From Marsupella aquatica (taxonomy: Eukaryota > Plantae > Marchantiophyta), in contig OZ316894.1 in assembly GCA_973895155.1 (NCBI GenBank), positions 25,852,709 to 25,916,708 on the forward strand: 64,000 nt of DNA, written 5' to 3'. Both the position numbers and the translations under genes were made by a program. The notes beneath the pieces were generated by a model. That model saw nothing but the letters and a program-made list of their open reading frames with translations. It had not been told where the DNA came from and made no database searches. Positions 31,640 to 44,800 of this stretch are shown here, piece by piece; the first letter of the stretch is position 1, and the number at the start of each line of letters is the position of its first letter.

Positions 31640-33230
31640 CACAGGTACTGAGTTCAGCGAGGTCGCGAGTAACTCGCAAAGGCTGAAGAGACCGGAAAAA
31701 CCCTTGTCAGATTTATACACATTCTGCTCACTCGAATTTCGCCACTCCAACCACACAGGGCTGATCTCGGACAGCATCCGAACCTGGACACCCATACGCG
31801 GTAAGAGAGTCGCCATTTTGCAATAACCGCAGCTGCAGCTGTTCTGGAATCAGTAGCTCACAAAAACGAGTCCCTTGCGAAAACCTTCACAATACGGGAT
31901 CACTTCCTCCACCGCAGAGAGGGATTCCCGCTTTACCCTCCAAAGCTCACTCAAGGACACCCTATTCCACAGGCCACAGGAAGCTGTCCTCAGAGTCTTC
32001 GAATCAACTGGACAAACGTCTCACCAGATAGGCTTCGAAGGACCTTGAGTAGCCATCTTGCGAGGAACAATCCTCCCGCTGACAGGAGCCCGTCCTCAGC
32101 ACTTCCGAGGTGCACCAATCTCGTCCTGCTGCCGCTGTCCCGCTCGTCGAGATAATGGGCGGAACGCATTCTGACCACTGCGGACAGGCCACGGTCCAAG
32201 TATCCCACTGGAGTGCCCCTTTCGCAGAAGTCTTCAATGTGCTACATTGCGAGGTAATAAGTTCATTTCAATCCATAAGAGTTTTCCAAACTTGCTGGAT
32301 AAATTCATTCTTCAGTGCCCCTCAGACAAATGTTCAATTCCCTGCCAGAGCACAAGATGAATTGTAATGTAGTCAACGCAGGTCGGGTGGTTGCTGATGG
32401 CCTAACTGACACTCAAACACAGAGGCTTGCCAGCCTCACAATCTCAGCTGACTCTTTCGCATCATCATCTTCCGAACGACTTGAAATCATTCAATCCTCG
32501 CCAGTACGTCCAATGCAGCATCCCTCCAAAATCCATCCACGACGTCCCTCGTATCCGTTTCCCAATCACGCAGAAATATCGGAAATCTGCCTGGTCATCC
32601 TAGAGTCTTCTTCTCCTCGTTGAATCGGGAATCTCTCCCTCCTCCCTTTCTCACACCTTACCAAGCAATACTGCGGAAGGCTCCGTCATGAGCGACAATC
32701 CCCTTTTATGCAATCAAGTAACAGGACATCCTCAGTGATCCGCTCCCCAATCGCCTACTCACTTCACAACAACATCATTGCAAAGGCTGCAAGATGCACG
32801 AATTCACGAGCTGGATCTGACATCGGAGACTACGCCAACATGGTGAGCGAGCGAACTAAACATCCCAGTCCTCTCTTAGAACCTCAGCAGCGACGAGATA
32901 TCCTCCGTGCTCTCTTCCACAACCATCTACGCATTTCACAACGACATCGCCTCAAAAGCTGCAACACGACCAAATTCACGAGCAGGATCTCAGCGTGTAG
33001 ATCCGTTCTACGTCGACATGATGACCCAGCAGATCAAACGCCTACTCCTCGCAGAGAACCTCAACAGCGTCAGGAACGGATATGCCAGCAGAAAAAGCGG
33101 CAGGACACTCGCAGTGATCCACCGCAACGATCCATGGTACCTGCTTCACCAGGACCTTCCCGCGAAAGCTGGAGGATGGAAGAATCCATGTCCCCCCAGT
33201 GTTTGTTTTTCTTGGCCCGCAGCCTTTTGA
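31640..33230 (+). pseudogene. Degraded coding-like region of unknown origin with an internal peptide repeat
   Basis: GC-richer stretch with long reading frames broken by stops and frameshifts. Two related peptides: YSLHNNIIAKAARCTNSRAGSDIGDYANMV and YAFHNDIASKAATRPNSRAGSQRVDPFYVDMM. Confidence 0.35.
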
Positions 33231-33351
33231 GCCCACTCTTATGTGGGGCTTAGTTTTTCTGCAGCTTGTCGTGCATGTCATGGTCCTCGCATGTGGTGGT
33301 CCCCCAAATTAGACCCTTTTAATAAGTGAACTCTCGGTAAGTTTTGATTGA

Positions 33352-33471
33352 ACCAGACTTTTGTGCCCCAACCACCTCCCCAAGAAGTCATGGCAGACCA
33401 GACTTTTGTGCCCCAACCACCTCCCCAAGAAGTCATGGCAGACCAGACTTTTGTGCCCCAACCACCTCCCA
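33352..33471. repeat. 45-bp minisatellite, ~2.7 copies
   Basis: accagacttttgtgccccaaccacctccccaagaagtcatggcag in tandem; a related single unit lies at ~34351-34388. Confidence 0.88.
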
Positions 33472-34389
33472 AAGAACCAACTGGCTTAGGTCAAGGGATG
33501 AGCCTGGAACTGAGAGGTCCCAGGTTCAATCCCCCCTCCACACACATAGGGGTATGGAGGGTATGTAAGTGTGGGTGGGGTGGGTTTTGTTGGTAGTGGA
33601 TGAGAGTTCTGATTATCTACTTGGCCCCTGGTTGTCCACTTTGTAGCCTTGCTTTAATTTAATCCTCTCTCCCTCCTGGTGCGGGTCCCTTTTGGTATCT
33701 GTGGGGGCTCACCCTGAAATGGGTTCCCTACAAAGAAAGTGTCACTATTGGGGTGGGGAGGACTACTAAGTGTTATTCCCCATTTCCGTTGAAGACAATA
33801 AAGAAGAAGTCATGGCAGTGTTGAATAGGGATCTTGTAGTGCAAGGGCCAGAAACTTAGGGCCAACTCACATGTTGAGGTCTTTCAGAGTGCGGCCCTTA
33901 CCACTTGCGCCAGTTTTGGAAAAAGCACCATCAACTCAATCCTTGTGGCTTATACGTGTTGTGTTTGCGAAGGGGCTCGTGTCCCTGCTGTGTCGTATGT
34001 GCAACAGATATACAAGGTTGCACAAAAACTGTGAACCTTCAAATTTTGGTTATTAGCCAAACAAAGGTTGGGACCTGCAAGGGCTGGCACGTTTCCGGCA
34101 CTTGCCCTTGGGTGCCCATAAGGCCTGTCATCAGGTCTGCCTGACGAGTGGGATACGGCATGGCATTATCATCAACTCTAATAATGACATGTAGCAGTTT
34201 CAGGGCCGCTATATGAAGGGCCGATAGCATGCGAGTTGGCCCTTACTCCTGCCAAGTTTTGACTCCCCTCCCCAGGTTGTCACGATGGCGTCGCATGAGG
34301 ATTTTGAAGGGCAGGGGCCTGAAACTTACTCCTAGCAAGTTTTGACTTAATCAGACTTTTGTCCCTCAACCACTTCCCAAGTAAGTCCT

Positions 34390-36780
34390 TGTTAGACATT
34401 TACTTTTGGGTCTAGGGTTACAACTTACTACAACCGTAGTTAGGGCTACCCCCTGGGCTACCCTTTGTCACGGACTTGGTTAGGTTAGTCATGTTGCACA
34501 CTATATTCAAAGCGATGTTTGTTTGGGTAGAAGAAACCCTGGGAGAAACTAGGCTTATTGTTACAAAGCCAATTGAGAGATGAGGAGAACTTGTATTTTT
34601 AAGTAAACCAAAGGCTCAAACTAGACAACAAATGCGGAACATGAGAGCACACGAGGGAGCACACTCAATCAAACGTACACCAACGAGACACGACAAAAAG
34701 AGAAACTTCTGAAGAATCCATAGCATATGAGAGTACATGTGAAGAATGAGGGAGAGATCTTCTTTCTCCAACCTATACCCCGTAGGGGAGGCCGAGATGT
34801 GTGGGCCTAAACTAAACAGATCTTATCATAATGTAATCAAGGGTTAATTAACCCTAGTAAGGCCAAACTAGCTAAAGACGGGAACTCAAGAAAATTCCTA
34901 ACAATATTGTAGAGACTTGATAATGATGGTCGACAAGCCTAGAGTGCGATAAAGCTCTCATGTGTTTCCATGGATGTAGCCTCCACTGAGGTGAACTGTG
35001 TATCTCTCAATGTTGACTACTTGTTCGTTGGATGATCATGGGTTTGCCATCATCTTTGCTCAACAATTGGTATCAGACCATGTTGGAGAGATGACAAAAT
35101 TTTTCCGTGATGGTTTTACTGGAGTTTTGTGGGCATGAAACTTAGAGGTTATGATTGGGCTCAGCAAATAGATTGGTGCAAGGGCTTTCTAACGGTGTTT
35201 AGAAATCACCAGTTAGAGTCTGTGGTGCAAAGGAATCAAAGTATTTATCAATTAATATATTTTTGTGGAGGTTCATAAATTTCATTATTTTTATGGTTTG
35301 TTAAAAGAGTGACCAAAGTTTGTTTTATTGATGGTGTGAACTTTGCGGCGCACGAGACATTGCATGGTATAGCTCAATTTGTAGATCAGGACGAGCGGAA
35401 CAGTTTGGTACCAACTTTGCTTGTACTTGCAAATTGAGTGAGACAAGATGAGAATAAGACACGTTCTGAGTTTTGGCAAGCTATGGTGTTAGGTCTTGCC
35501 TAAGCCTAGCTAAACAACATCACATTTGACTCAAGTGGAGAATCAAAACTTGTTCTGGCTCAATGAAAAGATTGTGATGCGACGATCATTTTGAGTCGGG
35601 GTTGGCTCCTGATGTAGAGGGAGGAAAGCTTAGCAAACTCAACTACCTTATTGGACTTAGTGACACTGAGTGTAATTCACCAACATTTGTTTTTGAGAAG
35701 GTACCCATTTTCTCTCTGAAAAATTAACTTTGAAAATGGCTATGGCAATTTAAGAAGAAATTGTCATCTTGCACAATTTTTTTCTTCCTTGTTCCTTCCT
35801 TGTTTTGGGTGCTTCTCGATCAATCTTCATGACCTCAAAGTCTTGTTTTTTAATCTGAAATCAGATCCTCAGTTTGTGAAAACTTGAGTGAAATATTTTG
35901 ATTATGGTGATGGGGGTGCATTTTGCAATGTGTATTTTCTGCGCAGGCGACCAGAGTTCAACGACAAAGGGTCAAGGGGGTTGGTAGGGGCTTGGGGGGC
36001 TCTAGGTTATAGAAACCCCTTGGTTTCTCTTCCAAAATCCCCACAGGGCCTGTACAAGGGTTGCAAAATATTTGAAAAAATTACATAGCTCTTGTTTATC
36101 CGTCCATTAGAGATTTTGTCTGGAAAACGGTAAATGTTTTTGTTTGTCTTTGTCAAGGTGGTAGCCACCATAGTTGGCAACCCGGTGCACCAATCATATT
36201 GTGTTTTCAATGTTAGTTTCTAATTTGGATTTTGGTTATTCCTTGAGATGGTCATCACGAAAGAGAATATTGCAAATTTAACTCACCCCGACTAAAAAAG
36301 TGAATAAGTTTTTTGTCAGAAATTTTCAATTATGATTTTGGTTTTCAGGGTTGGATAGCTAAGCTCATGGGCTACGCGACAGTGATTAGTCTTGACTTTT
36401 TGAGAAATTGAGGGAAAACATCATTTTCTTAATTTCTCACATGAGTGCTTTGGAGGAGGTTTCATTGTCAGGCGAGTCACTAGAGCAGTTTAACGTGGAA
36501 GAGGAAGAGCTAGCAAAACTGTGCTCACCGGTACTAGAACTAGTGGCAAGAAGAAGGATGAGGACGATCAAGCTTGACGGTCCCAAGTTTGAGGTTACAA
36601 AATATGATGGTCACACATACTACTTATTGTGGGAGTGACAGATGCAAGGGGTACTCAGTGCAACCAAGCTTGGTAAGCTGACATTAATCATGATAGGCAA
36701 GGCATGTATGAGTAGGCTGCGAGCACCGTGATGCTCTATTTACAGTCAAATGTCATGTAGGATTGATAGACGCCATACCT
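34390..36780 (+). mobile_element. Truncated old Ty1/Copia element (5' LTR ~34390-35065, PBS, leader, gag fragment)
   Basis: tgttaga...ctcaaca followed by the PBS tggtatcaga at ~35068. The gag remnant RRRMRTIKLDGPKFEVTKYDGHTYYLLWE* is homologous to KKKMGTFKLGGPKYEVTKYDGRSDYLLWEK of the 46715 element. Confidence 0.8.
34598..34903 (-). mobile_element. Probable solo LTR of another family nested inside the 34390 LTR
   Basis: A ~306-bp block interrupts the LTR homology, ends in cctaaca (reverse complement TGTTAGG), and has an imperfect 5-bp TSD gtatt/atatt. Confidence 0.5.
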
Positions 36781-39700
36781 GAATTGGCTTTTGAGTTCTT
36801 GTAAAGCCAATTGCAACCAGTCCCACTCATTATATGGTACAGATGTAATCTCAAAGGGAATAAATAAAAGCCATAGGGCCCCTACTTCTTGTAAAGGCAC
36901 CCTTAAAAGACTATTGTGTCCTTAGAGAGCTAATTAGGAGGTTGTGAGTGGGTGGTGGCAAGTGGGAGTATGCTAAGGGCCCTAGGCCCCTAGCGTTATT
37001 AATAACGAGCCGGACGTGCGAATTGCCAAAGGGTGCTTTATATCCAAACTCTGACTAATATTTATAATAGGGTTATAACCAACAAGGGTGCCTTTTATGT
37101 GCCGCACACCTTATAACTAGTGCAGGGTAATGAAAATACAGGGTCAATTTAATTCGCTTGAAGGGGGGTTATAATTCTAAGGCCACGCGTCATTACATCA
37201 TTGGTCCACGTGGCTTGCCCTGATTGGAGCTTGTGTAAGTGGCACTAGTCCTACCTAGAACTAAGGATTTTGGAATTTTTTTGGTTTGGGGGATAGTTTG
37301 AAGGGAAGGGTTATGGGCAGGGTTTGGGTTGGGAATGGCATATTACGAGACCCTACCCCGTCGCCAAGTTTTCTATGGGGCCTTTTTTCCTAGGATTATT
37401 TGGGAGCTGATCACCTGGCTAATCGATTGGTAGTGAGCGGGGTAGTGAGGGCCCAAGTGAGGGTTCCCTTTAGGGCATTTGGGCAGACATAGGGAGCCAC
37501 CACGAATTCCATCGACAGAAGGTTGAGGGAAGTTGGAAGCTTGCAGCTATGCGATGCCGCATTTGAGCTGGTGAGCTATGGAGGCCTGAATGAAATGTCG
37601 TGGTGGAGGTCGTCAATGGGTATTGAATCTCCGTAGGGTTCCCTCTGGCAAGGTAACAAGCAACTTTTGGGACAAAGGCAAGCTTCATTGAGGACGAGAT
37701 CAAGGAATACACTGGCGGGACTAGGTTGACGCCCGGGTTGACAACTCACACTTCACTTTCTGCAAGCTTTACTGAAGGTTTGACTCTGCCTGACACTTTC
37801 CATTGTTTAGGCAAATGCTTTCCACGTATGTGCATACACTTTCCATTGTTGAGGCATACACTTTACTAGCTATGGAATGTCCCGAGCTGCAACTGCCGTC
37901 CATCTGCCCCGCCATCTACAGTAGGCCTAGGCTAGGGCGCGACCTTCGTGTTGGTGTCAACATTGGGGAGGTGTTGCAGTCTGCGGGAAGGCAGAGTCCG
38001 TGGCTGAGTCGTTGCCAAAGGTGTTGTGGAGGTGCTACCGGTGGAGGTGTTGCTGCAAACCCGACCGCTAAGGTCCTTTGTGCAGGAAGCCCGGGGGGAA
38101 GCCTAGACATTGCACAGAGGTTTGGGCCCCATTAAATCCTCCCATTCACTGTTTCTCTCTACGCACAATGCATTTGAACTATAATGGTATGCATTCCACT
38201 ACTGTATTGTTCTTGAGAAAGAAGGCTGAAATTGTGGTTGAAATGTGGCTTATGCTGCTTGCGGAAGGTGCCATTGTTCTTGTGGGAGGTACTCCTCTGT
38301 GTCAGGCTTTGTGCGAGAAGGGCGGCTATAAGTTGAGCTGCGGGAGTGTTGTTGGACTACAAGCGGGGCTGCGGGAGTGCTGCTACTGCGCTAAGGAAAC
38401 CTGTTGATGTAGTCTAGTGGGCGCCAAAGCTGTTGCTGGTGTCCAAGGAGTTTGCTTCCCGTTGCTGCTACCTGAGGGGAGCACTATTGCTGGAGGGAAC
38501 CGGCTGCAAGGTATCTTCCTTTCAATTCTTTTGACCACGCTGCTTTTGGTAGTGTACACAATCCTGTATATTCAAAGAAACTGTTACTTTCGCATTGTGG
38601 GCATTGAATTTTGTGTGTTCCCTCTCTATCTCCTTGAAAAAGTGCGATGGGACACGGATACGAACAGAAATAGATTATTGTGTGTCGCGGAAGCAGGCCG
38701 ACGCTTGTGCTCTGTCAGCAAATTTTTTGAGTAGAGAGCAAGGAGATTTGTTCACATTTGAGTGTAATTGTTACATCATTGCCAGCCGTGAGGCTCTGTT
38801 CCATTGTTTTTTCCGTTGGTTCTTGGATTGTCTCATGACAGTTGTTCATTTTGTGCTGCCCCCATTGTTTTGTTGCTTGTAGCAGCGACTGTGTTTATGG
38901 GCTCTCTTATTTTGGGGTTTGTGGAGATGTGGTTATTGTCTTCACTCCGGGAGCCAATCATCTTTTAAAGATTGGGTATATCTTTCAAAGATATCCGTTT
39001 TCCATCCAAACTCCATTGCGAATGCCAAACAGCATTAAGAAGGTATAACGCCCGGCCACCACATTTGTTTCAGATGTCAATGTGTCATTTGTTTTAGAAG
39101 TCAATGAATTGATGTTTCCATCATTTGCTGTCTGTGCAGATGTTTGCGGATGAATGTGCAGACATGGGCTTTTGTACAATTTGAAATCCCTGAGGGTCTA
39201 GTTCTCAATATAATCCAGGTTGAGTTTCTGATGGCATCAATCAGCCCCTATCTCACTTGTCTTGTATATTTGTTTGCGATAATACCTCAATAATCTGTAG
39301 GTTGAAAACATTGTTGTTGTATAAAATAGAAGCCTTGATGGTTGCTGGAGTTGTGTTTAATTTGAAAGAAGCCTACCACAATTAAGACCGTTACTAACTA
39401 GGTGTCCTATTACAGTTGTACAGGCCAGTTTTGCATCATTCAACCTCCACTCTGAAAGTTGAAGATCGACGACCTACAAGGCCACCAGATCGAAGGTTGA
39501 CATATTTTTTCCAGTAGTTGATGCGGGTGCTGGTTTTCCCAATTTTGAAACAATTTGGCTCATTTAGGCATGTTGTTATTGACCTCGGCAGAATTGAAGT
39601 ATGGAGTTGTTTTCTTGACTTTCATTGACATACATTTACCTCATTTGGCCTGCTGTATTTTTCCCAGAAATGCCCCGGAGGTGCAGCCAGTTAGGAGCAA

Positions 39701-41149
39701 ACTTGGAAGGCAAAGCGGAACGATTGTTCCACAAGCTTGTGTTGAAGAGGTTGGTTCCTGCCAATTGCGCTGTTGTCTGGGAATATCCGCCTGTACGGAG
39801 GGACATGTATAGTCGGCTTGTTTCTGCCTAGTATTGTCCTAGTTGTGAATGGTGTCATGCAACCAGAGGACATTCTGTACTCTGGATGTATCCACAGTTG
39901 CGAGCTCTTATGTCCAAGCTGTAGGGTGCGTCCGGGAGATATTTTTACTCAGGCTGGCCAAAAGCAAGTCTAGAGGTGGGCAGCCTGTGTAACGTGGAAC
40001 CACGATCAGCTCATCTTAGGGCCGGGAGTTCACACTGTTTGCCCTAGAGTAGAGGATCACTTAGTGGAGCATCTGCAATATCGACTGTGACTGGATTGGG
40101 ATTATGTGTTTGACTATGATGTGTGCCTCGAATTATAGAGTTCTCCTTGAACTCATTTGTGTTGTCATTTACCCACAGATTGGGCAACCTGTGAGTTTAG
40201 GAAGAGTTCACATCATCAAGTGCTACCTTCCACTACCACAAGGTATGGAGTGAATTTCAAATTATAGTTCTGTCATTCCATACTAGAATGTACAATGTTT
40301 GCACAGACACTAACTGACAGGGATTGTGTGTTGCTCAGGTAAGTTAGCAGGTTTTCATTTTACATGTCTTTTTCGCATTTTCCTTTTTCGCATTTCCTTT
40401 TTCGCTATTGTAAGTGTTGGTTTGCAGGTTCCTCAAGTTCATTGGGACCTCAGGGAACTAATGCCCCTGAAGGAGACTTGCTGGAAGTGATGACCCAGCA
40501 GTCTAGCGCCCTTGAATGAGAGAGCAGGTTGCTTGGGAGGGGGAGGGGCCTTGGAGTTGGTCACCAATGGCATTCCTGATTAGAGCCCAAAGTGTTAGGG
40601 TTTGGTTGGTCCGGGATTGTCAAGGAATCCAAATTCTTGGGGCACTTAGGGTCGATAGGGACTGAGTCCAAGTCCACTGTGTTCGAGTGGAGGGAATTGG
40701 AGTGTGGGAAACCCGATTGAACATGCTAAGCACACATGAGCATGTTACAGATCCCAATCCCTCTAGTGCTTACATTGACATTGGAATCCTTGTCAGCCCT
40801 AAACCCTAAACCCTTGCCCTTCCCACCCGAGATGTCTCGGAGAAAAATGACTTGGATCTGTAGAAGCCAATCACCAAGAGCAATGGTCGGGATGGGGCAA
40901 GGCTCTCTTGGGGGTTGGTCCAATGGATGTGGTCTCCCAAGCAGTGGGCTGTTGTAGGTGTTTTGTACTAGGGTATTTGATTGGGGAGGTCACAATATAG
41001 ATTTAATAACTCATTGCCTTCTGCTTGGTTTTAACAGGCGATGTTGGAGATTTATCCATACATGAGGTGGATATTACCCGAGCCTGATTATGGCAGAGGG
41101 GATCTTCTGTTACAGTTGAAGAGGTTGAATATTCTTCAGAGTAATAATC

Positions 41150-41803
41150 ATGCATATTGCAGGGCTGCTCTGCAAAGAATATTACTTGAACGTGCACCAT
41201 TTCTTTGTGAATCAAGGTGATAGAATGATTTACATCAGATGGGACAAATATGTCAAGTACAATAGAAATGTTATATTTCTCCTCATCAAATCCGGTGCAG
41301 TGAAGACCTTCATTCTTCACTCTTGTCATGTGGTGAAGGGGCTTCTATTGTATGAAACAAACTTCTACAAGGAAAATAGAAAGGAATATTTTGATGAAAT
41401 CCAGGACGTCATTGATGGTCTGGAAAATCCTCTGGCCACAGAGTTTTTGGTTGATGTAGGTGGGAAACTGTATCCCTACCGAAATAGACAACTCCCTCCT
41501 CGACCTCTCTGTACATATTTGCCTACGGTAAATGTATGTGGTCTACTGACTGGTAAAATGGCCGATGGAAGTTTCTATGAATGTTGCATGTTAGCCTGTT
41601 GTGATATTCCATCACGCAGGGTTTCAGTGGTAGTGGTTAATCCTGAGATGAACCAAGTGGAATTCCATTGGTTGTGGGCTTATCCCCACACCGTGAAGAC
41701 TATTCCACATTGGCCAAAATTAAATGTTTGGAGAGAACAACCACATTGGGGAGGTTGGGGTAGTGATAGTGATGAGGAGACTGATAGACATAGGCAATTT
41801 TGA
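41150..41803 (+). CDS. Orphan 217-aa ORF carried inside the DNA transposon, function unknown
   Basis: ATG-initiated, uninterrupted ORF with globular-protein-like composition, on the same strand and ~260 bp upstream of the transposase ATG. No family recognised. Confidence 0.5.
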   Translation: MHIAGLLCKEYYLNVHHFFVNQGDRMIYIRWDKYVKYNRNVIFLLIKSGAVKTFILHSCHVVKGLLLYETNFYKENRKEYFDEIQDVIDGLENPLATEFLVDVGGKLYPYRNRQLPPRPLCTYLPTVNVCGLLTGKMADGSFYECCMLACCDIPSRRVSVVVVNPEMNQVEFHWLWAYPHTVKTIPHWPKLNVWREQPHWGGWGSDSDEETDRHRQF

Positions 41804-44800
41804 ATCTCAATATTCAATTTTGAAGAGTTAGTGCACCACCCGGCTCATTTTTTGTAATTCTATTGTATATACTATCAATCTGAAAATTTTGAGATAGTTT
41901 TTGCAATCTCAAGAAATGGTTTGTAATGTTTACAGACTTCTATATAAGAATGGTGGTTCTTTTGGTAGTGTTGATTGTGTAATTGACATGTGTATATTGT
42001 GGGGAAATGCTTGAATGTGACATGTCCATTGTATTGCTTGCAGGTCTGAATCTGTGATTTTTTCATGCCGCCTATGCCTGTATTTCTCGTTGACCATGAG
42101 TCAGGGACCAGAAAACACTCTGGGACCATCAGTTGTCTCCCTGGATGGACCTTGGCGGATGCTAGGCAGAAAATGGTGGATTTGGAACTTTGGGACTTTG
42201 ATTTTGATTTTATTGATAGCGTGGGAGGTTGTAGATTGCGTGCTGCTTGGGAAAAAGGCAACCTCATTGATGATTGTGATGGAAAGATTGTCATCATCCC
42301 CAAAATACAGTCTCTGCCCATCCAGAAAGTGGGGGTTGATGTTGGAAGCAGCAATGCCTCCAATGCTGAGGCTATGAGTAAGAGTGTTAGTGACGGAGAG
42401 TGGCACACTGAAGTTAGGGTAGAGCCTGAGATACAGTGGGGACAACAGGACTTGCCTCTGCCTGTTTCACCCCCAACTTCACCTCTCCCTAATGTACCTG
42501 TGGATGATGATCCACATGTGAGTTTCCAGTCAACAACTATGTCAAATGATCTGGCCAAGCTCTGGGTGTCCAGTGTTGACAAGTTGAAGGAGCACATGGT
42601 CTTCATAAAGTGTGAGGACCACAAGTGGAGCGTCAAAACTTGGGACAGTGGTGGTGTTCCATGTGGTAAGATAGAGTGTTGCGAGTGCAACACTAATATA
42701 TCTGGATCATCTAAGTATGTTATGGATAGGGTGTCTATCACTAATTGTTTCACAAATTTCAAACAGAAGCATTTGATCACCCCAAAGCATGCCAAAAATG
42801 TGGCACATAATAGGGGGCAGAGAGTAGACTCTGTTGAGATCAGTCGAAGGGTTGCAACTTCCTCCTTGAACGATTGTGCAACTCTTGACATGCATGTTCA
42901 GATAGTTGAAAGGCTCAATGAATCTGAGCCTGTGTCCAAACCTACCTTCTACATTGTAGGTGATGTTCAGAAGGAGCTTGTGGAGAAGTTAGAGCGGTTC
43001 AGAGTGGGGTGCCATTTTTGCTCTGACATGTTCACTTTGGTACCCAAGCAACGTAATCTGGAGGTTAATCTGAAATCCCATTGCATCTCTGCAAATCATC
43101 TATCAGCAGTTGCTAGGAGTTTGAAGCCACCACCTGGTGCACCAATACTGTCAGGAAGGTCAGGCAGACCTCCTAAGGATGATAAGAGGGATGTTCGCCA
43201 AAGAACCATTAATGGGTTCTTAACCCGGCAGGCCAGAGATATTGCTTCCAGCAGCCGGTCAGGAGGGACAGCTGGAGGGAGTGGTTCAGGAGGGAGTGGT
43301 TACAGTGGAGGTTCAGGCCATTCAAGGGATGTGATAGGAGATCCAGGTAAACCCCACCCTTGGTCATTGTTGTGTTGGGGATTGTGGCGGAACTCAGTTC
43401 AATATGGTGCAGTAATCAGGCCTATCAAGGATATCCTATTAGTCAGCCAAAGGTTGACGGAGCATGGTATGCAGAGTCAGGGGTAAAGGCAGAGGTGTGG
43501 TGTCTTCTAGGCCAAGGATCTTGTTTGATAGAAGGACTGTTCAGGCACGTGAACTGTAGTAGAGCATCACGGCTTCTTGGTGGTTTTCAAGATCTGACTT
43601 GTGAAGAATGTTACAGTATTGCAAGGATGGGTGACTTCCGATTAAGAGCCTTTAGAGAGGACATTGCAGTAGAGAAAAGAGGTACTCGAGGAACCGGTAA
43701 GGGTAGACGGTTGGCATATCTCACAATTCCTGAGATTCAAGAACAAGCCAAAACTTACAAGAGAAACATTTTGTCTCTCAGAAAACGTCTCAGAGCTCAG
43801 CAACACCGCCTATGCATGTTGGGGGCCCGAGTCCCCACTTTGAGAGATCTTTGCAAAGAGTCTGGAAGTAGGAAAGACTTGTACAAGTTTTGCAATGACA
43901 TAGTCTTGGCTCACCAGCGTGGTGCATTTGGTGGGAGAGAGGCCCTATGGGACTTGTTGCGAGATGTAGCTGCAAATCTTAATAGGAAGAAAGAAGGAAA
44001 CACCTTTCGACCTGACACTAAACTTCTTTCCCAGATATTGTTCCACCACGGTGGCAGGCGTGTGGTGGATTGCTTGCAAAGTAATGCATTAGGCCCTAGT
44101 CTGAACACCCTTCAACGGGACAGGAGAGCCATGGTTGTATTTAGGCCTGGTTTGCATGCTGACCAGTTCAAGTTTGTTGCTGTTGTATACTCTCAACTAA
44201 AGCAGAGGATGGGGATCACAAGTCCCGTGCCATGCTATTTGGCAGAAGATGAGACCTGTCTTAAGCGGACAGTCAGGTGATTTCATTCCCCTGACAACAT
44301 CCTATAGTCTGTAGTAAATTTTTGTCTGTTATCCCTCTCCTCAATAGGTCTGTGGCTGACCACTACTGTGGATGGCTGTGTTGCAGATGGCAACCAAAAC
44401 ATGACACATTATTGGGGTTTTGTGGGTTGAAAGAGGATCACGAGTGTGTGGTTGGCTTGACAATAAAGGTTGGAGCAGGAGAGGAGGGTTTCAGCAAAAT
44501 CACTGATACCTTTGAGAATTACAAAATTGGAAACCAGGCCAGATGTATAGTAGTAAATCCTCTTGCAGAAAGATTTCCTAAATTTTGCATGGTCGCCATG
44601 AGTACATGCGGTAAGTTTATTGCAGATTTTGTCAATCAGCAATGGAAGTCCACAGACACTTTGTGGGCTAAATATTGTCTAGACTCAGTTGGTCCTCTCT
44701 TGGGTCATGCTAGTGATGGAGATGCACAAAGGAGGAAGCTGATGCTAGAAGACTACACGTACTGGTCAAAGCTCATATCAAGGGCAAAGACAGAATCTGA

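Noticed and set aside
33352-33471. CRISPR-like array (also considered for 7724-7797, 46752-46876 and 55051-55404)
   Set aside because: Units are head to tail with no unique spacers, there are no cas genes, and the context is eukaryotic.
41875-42891. 338-aa minus-strand ORF
   Set aside because: Antisense shadow of the transposase exon with no recognisable motif.
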